A DNA stretch of 64,000 bases from Allosphingosinicella sp. (GTDB taxonomy: Bacteria > Pseudomonadota > Alphaproteobacteria > Sphingomonadales > Sphingomonadaceae). A model generated the notes under the pieces. It did no database searches. It was given only the letters and a program-made list of their open reading frames with translations, and was not told the origin of the DNA. Of this stretch, positions 19,295 to 29,130 are shown piece after piece. The stretch spans positions 8,624-72,623 of the forward strand of contig DASVVQ010000046.1 of the NCBI GenBank assembly GCA_036386475.1, given 5' to 3'. A program made the position numbers and the translations under genes. How positions within the stretch are numbered: the stretch's first letter is position 1; the number at the start of each line of letters is the position of its first letter.

Positions 19295-19836
19295 GCCGCG
19301 CTCCCGCCTGGCGGCCGGGCGACGACCGGCCCGACATCGCCTCGATGCTTCGCGTCGACCAGGCCGGCGAATATGGCGCGACACGCATCTACGCGGGTCA
19401 GCTCGAAGTGCTCGGCGACCGCGGCCAGTGCGCCCGCCTGATCGCGCGCATGGCCTCGCAGGAGGAGCGGCACCTCAAGCATTTCGACGAGCTCCTGCCG
19501 GCGCGCGGCGTGCGCCCGACCCTGCTCCAGCCGATCTGGGACCGGGCCGGCCGCGCGCTCGGCGCGGCCACGGCCTTGATCAGCCCCCAGGCGGCGATGG
19601 CGTGCACCGCGGCGGTCGAGACCGAGATCGACCGGCATTATTCGGAGCAGCTCGCGGCCCTCGGCTCGGAGGATCCGGACCTCGCCGAGACCATCCGCGA
19701 GTTCCAGGCCGACGAGCTCGAGCATCGCGACACGGCACTCGCGGCGGGCGCCGAGGACGCGGTCGGCTATCCCATCCTTTCCTTCCTCATCCGCGCCGGC
19801 TGCCGCGCCGCGATCGCGCTGTCGAAGAGAATTTAA
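19258..19836 (+). CDS. coq7: Demethoxyubiquinone hydroxylase (COQ7 family di-iron protein); start uncertain
   Basis: WRPGD...MLRVDQAGEYGATRIYAGQ, EERH, AMACTAAVETEIDRHY, EFQADELEH. Confidence 0.88.
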   Translation: MVEPQTIAHPDLSRAPAWRPGDDRPDIASMLRVDQAGEYGATRIYAGQLEVLGDRGQCARLIARMASQEERHLKHFDELLPARGVRPTLLQPIWDRAGRALGAATALISPQAAMACTAAVETEIDRHYSEQLAALGSEDPDLAETIREFQADELEHRDTALAAGAEDAVGYPILSFLIRAGCRAAIALSKRI

Positions 19837-19922
19837 TGAAATCGCGCACCGACGCCCGCCCTCCCTGCGGGAACAAACCGATGCGATCGTTCCTTTTCCC
19901 AGGACCGCTTTGGAGGCCCGTC

Positions 19923-20318
19923 ATGAACCGCCTTGTTCCGATCTTGCTCGCCGCCGGCGCCGCCTTCGCCGTCGCCGCGCCCGGCCACACCCAATCGGAG
20001 GACGGTGCACGCCGCGTCAGCCAGCTCATCGTCTATGGCGACGACCCCTGCCCGGCGAGCACCGAAGAGGAGATCGTGGTCTGCGCGCGGCGCCCCGAGG
20101 ACGACCGCTATCGCATTCCCGAGCCGCTGCGCGGCACCGGCCAGCGAAGAGACCGGAGCTGGGCCGCCAACGCCCGCAGCCTCGAGACGGTCGGCCGCAC
20201 CGGCATCCAGAGTTGCTCGACCGTCGGCCCGGGCGGCTTCACCGGCTGCTGGGCCGAGATGATGCGCCAGGCGAGGGAAGACCGGCGCGCCAACCCGGAA
20301 GGCCAGCCGGTTCCGTAA
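19923..20318 (+). CDS. Conserved hypothetical secreted protein
   Basis: Signal peptide; VYGDDPCP...EIVVCARRPEDDRYRIPEPLR...SCSTVGPGGFTGC. Confidence 0.75.
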   Translation: MNRLVPILLAAGAAFAVAAPGHTQSEDGARRVSQLIVYGDDPCPASTEEEIVVCARRPEDDRYRIPEPLRGTGQRRDRSWAANARSLETVGRTGIQSCSTVGPGGFTGCWAEMMRQAREDRRANPEGQPVP

Positions 20319-20359
20319 GGGGACTAACCGCAGGCTGATGCTGGAATGCACGTATCGGC

Positions 20360-22114
20360 CTAAGCCGCCCTACCCCTTTCGCTCGCGATCCAGACGTCGA
20401 TCTGGGCTTCGAGGACGTCGAGCGGCACCGCGCCCTGCCCGAGCACGGCGTCGTGGAACCGCCGGAGGTCGAAGCGCGGTCCTAGCGCCTGCTCGGCGCG
20501 GACCCTCAACTCACGGATCTTGAGCTCGCCGATCTTGTAGGCGAGCGCCTGGCCGGGATTGGTGATGTAGCGGTTGACCTCGGCCTCGATATTGGCGCGG
20601 CTGAGCGCCGTATTGTCGACCATGTAGTCGATCGCCCGCTGGCGGGGCCAGCCGAAGGCGTGGATGCCGGTATCGACGACCAGGCGCGTCGCGCGCCACA
20701 TCTCGTAGCTGAGGCGCCCCATGTCGCGTGCCGGCGTGTTGTAGAGGCCCATCTCGATGCCGAGGCGCTCCGAATAGAGGCCCCAGCCTTCGACGAAGGC
20801 GGTGAAGAAGGTCGCGTGGCGCCGGAACTCCGGGAGGTCGAGCTCCTGCTGGATCGCGATCTGCTGGTGGTGGCCCGGCACCGCCTCGTGCACGGTGAGC
20901 GCCGGCACTTCCCAGAGCGGTCGCTGGTCGAGGCGTGAGGTGTTGACCCAGTAGATGCCGGGAATACCCGCCTCGAGCGAGCCGTCGCTATAATAGGCCG
21001 TCGTCGTCCCCTCCGCGATCTCGGGCGGGATTTCGCGGATCGTGTAGGGGAGGCGCGGCAGCCGGCCGAACAGGCTCGGCATCCGCCCGTCTATTTCCTT
21101 GGCGATCCGCGCGACCTCCTGCATCAGCTGCTCGCCGGTCCGCGGATAGTGGACGGGGTTGGTGCGAAGGTCCTGGATGAAGGCTTCGCGGCTCGGGAAG
21201 CCGGCGCGGCGCGAAACCTCCTCCATCTCGGCGCGGATGCGGGCCACCTCCGAGAGGCCGAGCTGGTGGATCTGCTCGGCGGTCATGTCGGTCGTGGTCT
21301 GCTGGCGGATGCGGAAGGCGTAGAATTCGCGCCCCCCGGGCTGGTCGGAGATGGCGAAGGTCGGCCGGCACCGCGGCGCCACCTCGCGCAAATAGAAGGC
21401 ATGGTGTTCGCGATATTGCGGGAACAGGGTCCCGGTGATGATCGTGCGGGCGCGCTCCTGCATCGCCGTCCAGTCGGCCTCGCTCATCCCGGCGGGACGC
21501 GTGCGGGTGAAGGGCTGGTAGAAGCGCGACGCTTCCGGCGTGTCGGTGACGACCCCGGAGATCGTCCGGTCGGCATTGACCATGACGTCGCAGGGAAGCG
21601 TATAGCCCTCGGCGACCGAGCGGCGCGTGATCCGGATCGCCTCCTGGTTGAGGCGCGGATATTGCTCGAGGCGGGCGAGATAGCTCTCATAGTCGGCGCG
21701 GGTGCGGAAGGGGAGCGCGTCGGCCATGCCCGCGATCGCCTGGTGCCAGCCGCCGCGCTGCGAATAGAGGACCATACGCTGGCCGAAGCGGTTGCGCTCG
21801 ACCTGCTCGGCGAGGCTGCGCCTCAGCAGGGCATGGTTGGTGCGGTCGGCGGGGCTCAGCTGCGCGACCGGGATCGCGTTCAGCCGTTCGAGAAAGGCCT
21901 GGGCCTCGCGCGCCTCGCGGTCGGCCGCCTCGAGGCTGATGTCGGGGAGGCGGTCGTCATAATCGCGCACGCCGAGCCGGGTCGCGGTGATCGGATCGCT
22001 TTTCAAATACCATTGCCAATGCTCGCCGAGGAGACGGTGGAGGTCCTCCGCCGGCGACGCGATGGCGGGAGCGGCGGCCGCGGCCAGCATGGCGGCGAGG
22101 ATCATCTTGCGCAT
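20360..22114 (-). CDS. DUF885 family protein (putative zinc peptidase), copy 1
   Basis: Signal peptide MRKMILAAMLAAAAAPAIA; HEAVPGHH, FVEGWGLYSE, RLVVDTGIH, PGQALAYKIG, FHDAVL. Confidence 0.92.
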   Translation of the reverse strand: MRKMILAAMLAAAAAPAIASPAEDLHRLLGEHWQWYLKSDPITATRLGVRDYDDRLPDISLEAADREAREAQAFLERLNAIPVAQLSPADRTNHALLRRSLAEQVERNRFGQRMVLYSQRGGWHQAIAGMADALPFRTRADYESYLARLEQYPRLNQEAIRITRRSVAEGYTLPCDVMVNADRTISGVVTDTPEASRFYQPFTRTRPAGMSEADWTAMQERARTIITGTLFPQYREHHAFYLREVAPRCRPTFAISDQPGGREFYAFRIRQQTTTDMTAEQIHQLGLSEVARIRAEMEEVSRRAGFPSREAFIQDLRTNPVHYPRTGEQLMQEVARIAKEIDGRMPSLFGRLPRLPYTIREIPPEIAEGTTTAYYSDGSLEAGIPGIYWVNTSRLDQRPLWEVPALTVHEAVPGHHQQIAIQQELDLPEFRRHATFFTAFVEGWGLYSERLGIEMGLYNTPARDMGRLSYEMWRATRLVVDTGIHAFGWPRQRAIDYMVDNTALSRANIEAEVNRYITNPGQALAYKIGELKIRELRVRAEQALGPRFDLRRFHDAVLGQGAVPLDVLEAQIDVWIASERGRAA

Positions 22115-22149
22115 CGTTCGTCTCCCATTCCCTCCCTGGGGAGGATTCA

Positions 22150-23910
22150 TCAACTCCGTGCGTGCTCGGCGGCGATCCAGGCATCGACCTGCGAATCCAG
22201 CACGTCGAGCGGGACGGAGCCGTTCCTCAGCACCGCGTCGTGAAACCTCCGGATGTCGAACCGCGCCCCGAGCCGCTCCTCGGCCCGCGCCCTGAGCTCG
22301 CGGATGCGGATGTTGCCGATCATGTAGCCCAAGGCCTGGCCCGGCCAGCTGATGTAGCGATTGACCTCGGCATCGATATTGGCGTCGGTCAAAGCCGTAT
22401 TCTCGCGCATGAAGGCGACGGCCCGCGCTTTGTCCCAGCCCATGGCGTGGATGCCGGTGTCGACGACGAGGCGTGAGGCGCGCCACATCTGGTAGGAGAG
22501 CTGGCCCATCCGCCGCGGCGGCGTGTCGTAGAGCCCCATCTCGCGGCCGAGGCTCTCGGCGTAGAGGCCCCAGCCTTCGGTGAAGGCGGTGTAGCTGGTG
22601 AAGTGGCGGCGGAAGGGCGGCAGATCCAGCTCCTGCTGGAGCGCGATCTGGTGGTGGTGGCCGGGCACCGCCTCATGCAGGCTCAAGGCGGGGATCTCCC
22701 AGAGCGGCCGCTGGTCGAGCTTCGAAGTGTTGACATAATAGGTCCCGGCGAGGCCGCTCTCCGGCGAGCCCGGCGCGTAATAAGCGGTCGTCGTCCGCTC
22801 CGCCGTCTCGGCCGGGATCTCGCGGATGCCGTAAGGGAGGCGCGGCAACGTCCCGAACAAAGCCGGCATGTGCCCGTCGATCGTCTTGGTGACGCGCGCG
22901 ACCTCGCGCATCAGCTGCTCGGGCGTGGTCGCATAATGGTCCGGGTTCGTCCTGAGATCCTGGATGAAAGCCTCGCGGGTCGGGAAGCCGGCCTCGCGCG
23001 CGACGGCCTCCATCTCGGCGCGGATCCGGCGGACCTCGGTCATGCCGATTTCGTGGATCTGCTCGGGCGTCAGGTCGGTGGTCGTGTTCTGGCGGACGCG
23101 ATAGGCGTAATATTCGCGGCCGCCGCGCTGCGCCGCGATGCTGTCGGTGCGGGCGCAGCGCGGCCGGTACTCGGTCGTGTAGTAATCGAGGTGGCGGCGA
23201 TAGGCGGGGTTGATCGTATCGGTGACGATCGTCCGCGCCCGTGCCTGCATCGCCGCCCAGTCGGCCTCGCCGACGTCGACCGGTCGAGTGCGGGTGAAGG
23301 GCTCGTAGAAGCGCGAGCGAGCCGGATCTTCGACGATCACGCCCGAAATGCTCTGCTCGAAGCCGTCGAGAACCGAGCAGGGAAGGACATGGCCGCCGCG
23401 CACCGCCTGACGCGTGATCGCGATCGCCTGGTCGTTGAGCCGCGGATAGAGGGCGATGCGGGCGAGGTAGCTTTCATAGTCGGCGCGCGTGCGGAACGGC
23501 AGGCTGTTCGGGATGAAGGCGAAATCCTGGTGCCAGCCATAATAAGTGGTGAAGAGCATATTGCGCTGGCCGAAGCGCTCGAGCTCGATCTGCTCGGTGA
23601 GGCCGCGGCGCAGGATGGCGCGGTTGACCCGGTCGGGCTCCGACAATTGAGCGGCCGGGATCGCGTCGAGCCGGCGCAGGAACGCCTGCGCCTGGCGGAC
23701 ACGCGCGCGCCGCGCGGCGGGGCTGAGGTCGTCGATCCGGGCGTCGTGGTCGCGCGTGCCGAGGCTGGTCGCATAGACCGGGCTCTCGCGCAGCAGCCAG
23801 CGATAATGCTCGTCGAGGAGCAGGCGGTAGTCGTCGGCGGGCGCCGCGCCGGCCGGGAGGGCAAGACTGAGCGAGGCGGCTGCGGCCGCGAGCGCGATCC
23901 TGAGGCGCAT
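22150..23910 (-). CDS. DUF885 family protein, copy 2
   Basis: Signal peptide; HEAVPGHH, FTEGWGLYAE, RLVVDTGIH, WPGQALGY. Tandem paralog of copy 1. Confidence 0.92.
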   Translation of the reverse strand: MRLRIALAAAAASLSLALPAGAAPADDYRLLLDEHYRWLLRESPVYATSLGTRDHDARIDDLSPAARRARVRQAQAFLRRLDAIPAAQLSEPDRVNRAILRRGLTEQIELERFGQRNMLFTTYYGWHQDFAFIPNSLPFRTRADYESYLARIALYPRLNDQAIAITRQAVRGGHVLPCSVLDGFEQSISGVIVEDPARSRFYEPFTRTRPVDVGEADWAAMQARARTIVTDTINPAYRRHLDYYTTEYRPRCARTDSIAAQRGGREYYAYRVRQNTTTDLTPEQIHEIGMTEVRRIRAEMEAVAREAGFPTREAFIQDLRTNPDHYATTPEQLMREVARVTKTIDGHMPALFGTLPRLPYGIREIPAETAERTTTAYYAPGSPESGLAGTYYVNTSKLDQRPLWEIPALSLHEAVPGHHHQIALQQELDLPPFRRHFTSYTAFTEGWGLYAESLGREMGLYDTPPRRMGQLSYQMWRASRLVVDTGIHAMGWDKARAVAFMRENTALTDANIDAEVNRYISWPGQALGYMIGNIRIRELRARAEERLGARFDIRRFHDAVLRNGSVPLDVLDSQVDAWIAAEHARS

Positions 23911-24010
23911 GGCGAGGACTCCTCCCGATGAAGCGCGCACCCTATCTCGCCGGGCCGACCGCGCAACCCTCGCGCCGCCCGCCGGTTGAGCAGGGCAAGG
24001 AGACCGGCCG

Positions 24011-24220
24011 ATGAAAGACAATGTCTACAAGGTGATCGAGCTGGTGGGCAGCTCGGAAACGGGGATCGAGGATGCCGTCCAGAACGCGATCGCGCGCGCC
24101 GCGGCGACGGTTCGGGAGATACGCTGGTTCGAGGTCACCGAAACTCGCGGCCACGTCGAGGACGGCAGGGTGGCTCACTATCAGGTGACGCTTAAGGTCG
24201 GCTTCACGTTGGTCGAATGA
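24011..24220 (+). CDS. Dodecin (flavin-binding)
   Basis: [21 protein letters not shown]...IRWFEV...[12 protein letters not shown]. Confidence 0.92.
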   Translation: MKDNVYKVIELVGSSETGIEDAVQNAIARAAATVREIRWFEVTETRGHVEDGRVAHYQVTLKVGFTLVE

Positions 24221-24235
24221 GATTGCGCAGGATCG

Positions 24236-24922
24236 TCAGGCCGGCACTTTTGGCGGTAGCACGAACCAAGTGACGAAACGCTTTGCGAGAGAGCGGTCGC
24301 CTTCTACGTGCAGCACGCCGTCCGCCGCGAGGTCTTCGAATGGCACGCCGCCATAGACCGCGGCGGCGATTGCGGGCGGTGGGCCGGTGAAGGTCACGTC
24401 CGCGACCGCCGGATCGGCGCGCACCGCGACGACCTCGCCTCCCTCGATCCGGACGAGGAAGTCTTCGCGGCCGAGGCGGAAGCCGATCGCAGCGGCGACG
24501 CCGGCAATGCGCGCCGGATCCGCCATGGTCCTAAAGGAGAGCATCAGCGAATTGGCGCTGAGTGGGAGGGTCGGATCGTGGCTCGGCGAACGGGCCGCCC
24601 AGCGGCCCAGCACCTGGAAGATCGGTTCGGCCTCGTAGCCCCAATCGGTGAGCTCGTAGACCTGAGTCGCGGCGGGAGGGGGCAGCCTGCGACGGACCAG
24701 GACGCCGGCGGTTTCGAGCCCTGCGAGGCGCTGGGTGAGCACGTTGGCGCTGATTCCGGGCAGGTCGGCGCGAAGGTCGCTGAAGCGCTTCGGGCCGAGC
24801 ATCAGTTCGCGCATGACGAGAAGAGACCAGCGCTCCCCGACGAGATCGAGGGCGTGCGCCGCTCCGCAGGCGTCGTCGTAGCTGCGGCGGCCCGCTACAT
24901 CAGTTATCTTTCGTAACTTCAT
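24236..24922 (-). CDS. HxlR-family winged-helix regulator with SCP2-like C-terminal domain
   Basis: YDDACGAAHALDLVGERWSLLVMRELMLGPKRFSDL...YELTDWG, then a C-terminal sterol-carrier-like domain. Confidence 0.88.
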   Translation of the reverse strand: MKLRKITDVAGRRSYDDACGAAHALDLVGERWSLLVMRELMLGPKRFSDLRADLPGISANVLTQRLAGLETAGVLVRRRLPPPAATQVYELTDWGYEAEPIFQVLGRWAARSPSHDPTLPLSANSLMLSFRTMADPARIAGVAAAIGFRLGREDFLVRIEGGEVVAVRADPAVADVTFTGPPPAIAAAVYGGVPFEDLAADGVLHVEGDRSLAKRFVTWFVLPPKVPA

Positions 24923-24938
24923 GGTTGCTTTTTATAAC
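24903..24938. promoter_or_regulatory. Paired imperfect palindromes, candidate operator for the HxlR regulator
   Basis: GTTA-N7-TAAC (24903-24917) and GTTG-N7-TAAC (24924-24938), 21 bp apart, overlapping the regulator start and the divergent promoter region. Confidence 0.45.
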
Positions 24939-24998
24939 GCAAGAGTCCATCAGCGTCAAACAGCGATTCGCCCGGAGCGGACGACGAGGAGAGAGACG

Positions 24999-25442
24999 AT
25001 GGCGAAGATGATTTTCGTGAACCTGCCGGTGACCAACCTCAACCGGTCGATCGCCTTCTACGCTGCGCTGGGCGCCGAGCAGAACCTGCAGTTCAGCGAC
25101 GCGACGGCGGCGATGATGAGCTTCTCGGCCGAAGTGAACGTGATGCTGCTGACCCACGACAAATATCGCCAGTTCACCGCCAAGCCGATCGCAGACGCGC
25201 ATGCGACCAGCCAGGCCCTGCTCTGCCTTTCGGCCGAGGGCGGCCGCGATGAGGTGGATGGAACGGTGGCGAAGGCGGCCGGCGCCGGTGGAGTCGCGGA
25301 TCCCGGACCAAAGCAGGATCACGGCTTCATGTACGGCCGCAGCTTCGAGGATCCGGACGGCCACCACTGGGAGGTGATGTGGATGGACATGGCCGCGCTC
25401 GGCGCCGCCCCCGCCGCCGGCGCGGAAGCAAAAGCGGACTGA
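24999..25442 (+). CDS. VOC/glyoxalase family protein
   Basis: MIFVNLPVTNLNRSIAFY...DHGFMYGRSFEDPDGHHWEVMWM. Confidence 0.9.
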   Translation: MAKMIFVNLPVTNLNRSIAFYAALGAEQNLQFSDATAAMMSFSAEVNVMLLTHDKYRQFTAKPIADAHATSQALLCLSAEGGRDEVDGTVAKAAGAGGVADPGPKQDHGFMYGRSFEDPDGHHWEVMWMDMAALGAAPAAGAEAKAD

Positions 25443-25475
25443 ACGCCGCACACAAAAATCAAAGGAGAAGCGAAG

Positions 25476-26207
25476 ATGACCTATGTGGAAGGATTCGTGG
25501 TCGCGGTACCCACCGCCAATCGCGACGAATATCTGCGCCACGCCGCCGCGGCCTGGCCGATGTTCGAGGAATTCGGCGTCCGGCGCCACGTCGAGGCCTG
25601 GGCCGACGACGTGCCGGATGGCAAGGTCACCGACTTCAGGCGCGCCGTCCAGGCCAAGCCGGACGAGGCGGTCGTCTTCTCCTGGTTCGAATATGCCTCG
25701 CGCGAAGACCGCGAGGCCGCCAATGCGAAGATCATGAGCGATCCGCGCATGGAGGAGATGGGCGCGACCATGCCCTTCGACGGCAAGCGCATGATCGTGT
25801 CGGGCTTCCGCTCGATCGTCGAGCACGGCACCGGCGGCGCCATGGGCTATGTCGATGGCTTCGTGCTGCCCGTGCATGAGGAGAAGGCCGAGGCCTATCG
25901 CGCGCTCGCGGCCAAGGCCGCGCCGATCTTCGAGGAGCATGGCGCGACGCGCATCGTCGAAGCGATGGGCGACGACCTGATGCGGGGCAAGGTCACCGAC
26001 TTCTACCGGTCCGTGAACGCCGAGGACGGCGAGAATGTCGTCTTTTCGTGGATCGAATGGCCGTCCAAAGAGGCGCGCGTCGCCGGCTGGGAGAAGATCA
26101 TGGCCGATGAGCGCATGAAGCCCGAGGGCGACATGCCCTTCGACGGCAAGCGCATGTTCTGGGGCGGCTTCTCGATCCTGCTCGACAAGAACGCCGGGGC
26201 GGAGTGA
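25476..26207 (+). CDS. Tandem DUF1428 (YbaA-like) protein
   Basis: Two copies of YVxGFV...GKVTDFxRxV...VVFSW...MPFDGKRMxxxGF. Confidence 0.9.
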   Translation: MTYVEGFVVAVPTANRDEYLRHAAAAWPMFEEFGVRRHVEAWADDVPDGKVTDFRRAVQAKPDEAVVFSWFEYASREDREAANAKIMSDPRMEEMGATMPFDGKRMIVSGFRSIVEHGTGGAMGYVDGFVLPVHEEKAEAYRALAAKAAPIFEEHGATRIVEAMGDDLMRGKVTDFYRSVNAEDGENVVFSWIEWPSKEARVAGWEKIMADERMKPEGDMPFDGKRMFWGGFSILLDKNAGAE

Positions 26208-26989
26208 GCGACATGGCGAGCGGCTTCATCTGGTACGAGCTGATGACCTCCGATCCGGACGCGGCGATCCCCTTCTACGAGAAGGTAGTCGGCTGGCGGG
26301 CCGAGGTCATGACGATCCCGGAAATGGGCGATTATCGCTACACCATCCTCCACGCCGGCGAGCGCGGCGTCGGCGGCCTCGCCGGAATCCCCGGCGAGTG
26401 CGGGGAAGAGATGCGGCCGGGCTGGTACGGCTACGTGCATGTTCCCGACACGGATGCCGCAGCCGCGGCCGTCGCCGCCGCCGGCGGCGCGGTGTTGATG
26501 CCGCCCGACGACATTCCGACCGTCGGCCGCTTCGCCATGGTCGCGGATCCGGGCGGCGCCCCCTTCTTCCTGCTGACGCCGCTGCCGCGCGAGGATGCGC
26601 CGCCGCCGCTCGAGCGGATGGCGCCGGGCAATATCGGCTGGCACGAGCTCCACGCCGCCGACGGCGACGCCGCCTTCGCCTTCTACCAGGAGCAGTTCGG
26701 CTGGTCGCAATTTTCGGCGATGGATATGGGGCCGATGGGCACATACCGTCTCTGGTCCGCGGACGGCGGCGAGGCGGTCGGCGGAATGATGACCAAGATG
26801 GCGCGGACTGAGCACCCGGTCTGGCTCTTCTACTTCGTCGTCGACGGCGTCGAGGCGGGTGCGGCGCGCATTGCCGAAGCGGGCGGGCAAGTGATCAACG
26901 GCCCGATGGAAGTGCCCGACGGCAGCTGGATCGTTCAGGGCATCGACCCGCAAGGCGCAATGTTCGCGCTGGTATCCGAGCGGCGCTGA
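26204..26989 (+). CDS. Two-domain VOC family protein
   Basis: FIWYELMTSDPDAA..FY...VGRFAMVADPGGAPF, and a second repeat WHELH...QGIDPQGAMFALV. GTG start overlaps the upstream stop. Confidence 0.9.
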   Translation: MSDMASGFIWYELMTSDPDAAIPFYEKVVGWRAEVMTIPEMGDYRYTILHAGERGVGGLAGIPGECGEEMRPGWYGYVHVPDTDAAAAAVAAAGGAVLMPPDDIPTVGRFAMVADPGGAPFFLLTPLPREDAPPPLERMAPGNIGWHELHAADGDAAFAFYQEQFGWSQFSAMDMGPMGTYRLWSADGGEAVGGMMTKMARTEHPVWLFYFVVDGVEAGAARIAEAGGQVINGPMEVPDGSWIVQGIDPQGAMFALVSERR

Positions 26990-27005
26990 GGGAAGGAGAC
27001 GCAAG

Positions 27006-27485
27006 ATGCAGAAGATCACGCCCTGCCTGTGGTATGACGGCGACGCCGAGGAAGCCGCAAACTTCTACGTTTCCCTGCTGCCCGACAGCCGGGTCGACAG
27101 GATCGTGCGCTCGCCCGCCGACAATCCGAGCATGAAAAAAGGCGGCGTGCTCCTGGTCGAGTTCACGCTCGCCGGGCAGAAATATTCCGGCCTGAACGGC
27201 GGGCCGCAATTCCCGTTCACCGAAGCGGTCTCGTTCCTGATCCGCTGTGAGGACCAGGCCGAGGTCGACCGACTCTGGTCGGCGATCGAGGACAATGGCG
27301 GCAAACCCAGCGCCTGCGGCTGGATCAGCGACCGCTGGGGCCTCTCCTGGCAGATCTGCCCGCAGGAGATGCTGGACATGCTGGCGAGCGAGGATCGCGA
27401 CGCGGCGGAGCGCGGGATGAAGGCGATGCTGGACATGGTCAAGCTCGACCTCCCGACGTTGCGCCGGGCTTTCGAGGGCGGATAG
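27006..27485 (+). CDS. VOC family PhnB-like protein
   Basis: MQKITPCLWYDGDAEEAANFY...LNGGPQFPFTEAVSF...CGWISDRWGLSWQI. Confidence 0.9.
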   Translation: MQKITPCLWYDGDAEEAANFYVSLLPDSRVDRIVRSPADNPSMKKGGVLLVEFTLAGQKYSGLNGGPQFPFTEAVSFLIRCEDQAEVDRLWSAIEDNGGKPSACGWISDRWGLSWQICPQEMLDMLASEDRDAAERGMKAMLDMVKLDLPTLRRAFEGG

Positions 27486-27496
27486 GAGGCCGCGGC

Positions 27497-28132
27497 TCAG
27501 GCCGCTTCGCCGTTCCTGCCGAGCTGGCGGCCGAGGTCGTCGAGCGTTGCGGCGATATGGTCGCGGGTGAGGGCGCGTACGCGGTAGAGGCGGCGGCCGA
27601 GCCAAGCTTCGAGCAGTTCGCGGTGCTCCCCGGCGGCGCGATCGGCGCGGCCGCCGGGCTCGAGATGGACGCGGACGTAGCGCTCCGAAAGCACGTGGAG
27701 GCGGGCAAGTATCTCCGTCGTCACCGCCTGGCCGGAGGGGCGCACGAGCGCGATGTGGAAGGCGCGATTGCGGGCGCCGACGTCCGCTCGCGCCTGCGCC
27801 ACGGCGCAAGCGAGCTCGGCGGAGGCCGCTGCCGCCTCCGCTCGGTCCGCGTCGGCTGCGGCGAGCGCGCCGGCGGCGGCTGCGTCCGGCTCGAGCTTGA
27901 GGCGCAGCTCGTACACTTCGCGCGCCTCGGCGGCGCTCAGCGGCCGGACGAAGAAGCCGCGATTGGGCTCGGCGCGGACGAGGCCTTCCTGCTCGAGCCG
28001 GGCGAGAGCCTCGCGGAGCGGGATCTTGCTGATGCCGAGCTCGATCGCGAGCGCGTCCTGCCGGATCGAGCGGCCGGCGGCGACCGTGCCGGACAGGATT
28101 CGGTCTCTTACTTGGTCGAGAATGCCTGTCAT
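27497..28132 (-). CDS. GntR family regulator (FCD domain)
   Basis: HTH IRQDALAIELGISKIPLREALARLEQEGLV plus an FCD domain; last gene of the hydroxyproline operon. Confidence 0.9.
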   Translation of the reverse strand: MTGILDQVRDRILSGTVAAGRSIRQDALAIELGISKIPLREALARLEQEGLVRAEPNRGFFVRPLSAAEAREVYELRLKLEPDAAAAGALAAADADRAEAAAASAELACAVAQARADVGARNRAFHIALVRPSGQAVTTEILARLHVLSERYVRVHLEPGGRADRAAGEHRELLEAWLGRRLYRVRALTRDHIAATLDDLGRQLGRNGEAA

Positions 28133-29130
28133 GTGACCGAGAAGCCGCGCCAGAAGGGATCTTCCCGGTCCACCCAGATGGTGTTGAAGCCGGTCGAGAC
28201 GGCCGAGCCCTCGATCGAAGGGATGATGGCGGAATGCGCGCCGACCGCGGTCGCTTCCTCGACGCGGCCGAGGAAGCGCGATCCGATATAGCTTTCATGG
28301 ACGAAGGAGTCGCCGACATCGAGGCGGCCGGCGGCGGCGAGATGGGCAAGGCGCGCGGAGGTGCCCGTGCCGCAGGGGCTGCGATCCAACGCCCGCTCGC
28401 CGTAGAAGACGGCGTTGCGGCCGTCCGCGCCTTCCCCTTTGGGCGCATCGGCCCAGAGGACGTGGCTGACGCCGCGGATACTCTCGTCCAGCGGATGGAC
28501 GGGCTCGAAGGCTTCGCGCACGAGGGCACGGATCGTCCGGCCGTGCTCGACCAGCTGCGACGCGCCGAGATCGTCGAGCCCGGCATAGGGCCCCTGCGGC
28601 TCGACGATCGCGTAGAAATTGCCGCCATAGACGACGTCGACCGTCAGCGGTCCGAACCCCGGCACGTCGATTTCGATGCCGCGGGCAGCGACGTAGGAAG
28701 CGACGTTGCGGATCCTGACCGCAGTCACCTTGCCGCCAGCTTCGCGATATTCGATGCAAATCCTGCCGGCGGGGACGTCGACCGTCAGCCGCCCGGGCTG
28801 GCGCGGCGCGATCAGGCCGTGCTCGAGGCCGAAGCTGACGATGCCGATCGTGCCGTGGCCGCACATCGGCAGGCAGCCGCTCGTCTCCATGAACAGGATC
28901 CCGCAATCGGCCTCCGCGCTCGTCGGCGGGTAGAGGAAACCGCCCGACATCATGTCGTGCCCGCGCGGCTCGAAGCAAAGACTGGTCCGGATCCAGTCGA
29001 AGCGCTCGAGGAAGTCCTGCCGCCGCTCCGACATCGTCGCCCCGCGCAGCAAGGGCGCCCCGCCCGCGACGAGGCGGACCGGGTTTCCCGCGGTGTGCCC
29101 GTCGATGCAGAAGAAGGTATGGCGCGTCAT
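28129..29130 (-). CDS. 4-hydroxyproline epimerase (proline racemase family)
   Basis: IDGHTAGNPVR, EPRGHDMMSG; both catalytic Cys present (MCGHGT, DRSPCGTGTSA). Confidence 0.92.
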   Translation of the reverse strand: MTRHTFFCIDGHTAGNPVRLVAGGAPLLRGATMSERRQDFLERFDWIRTSLCFEPRGHDMMSGGFLYPPTSAEADCGILFMETSGCLPMCGHGTIGIVSFGLEHGLIAPRQPGRLTVDVPAGRICIEYREAGGKVTAVRIRNVASYVAARGIEIDVPGFGPLTVDVVYGGNFYAIVEPQGPYAGLDDLGASQLVEHGRTIRALVREAFEPVHPLDESIRGVSHVLWADAPKGEGADGRNAVFYGERALDRSPCGTGTSARLAHLAAAGRLDVGDSFVHESYIGSRFLGRVEEATAVGAHSAIIPSIEGSAVSTGFNTIWVDREDPFWRGFSVT

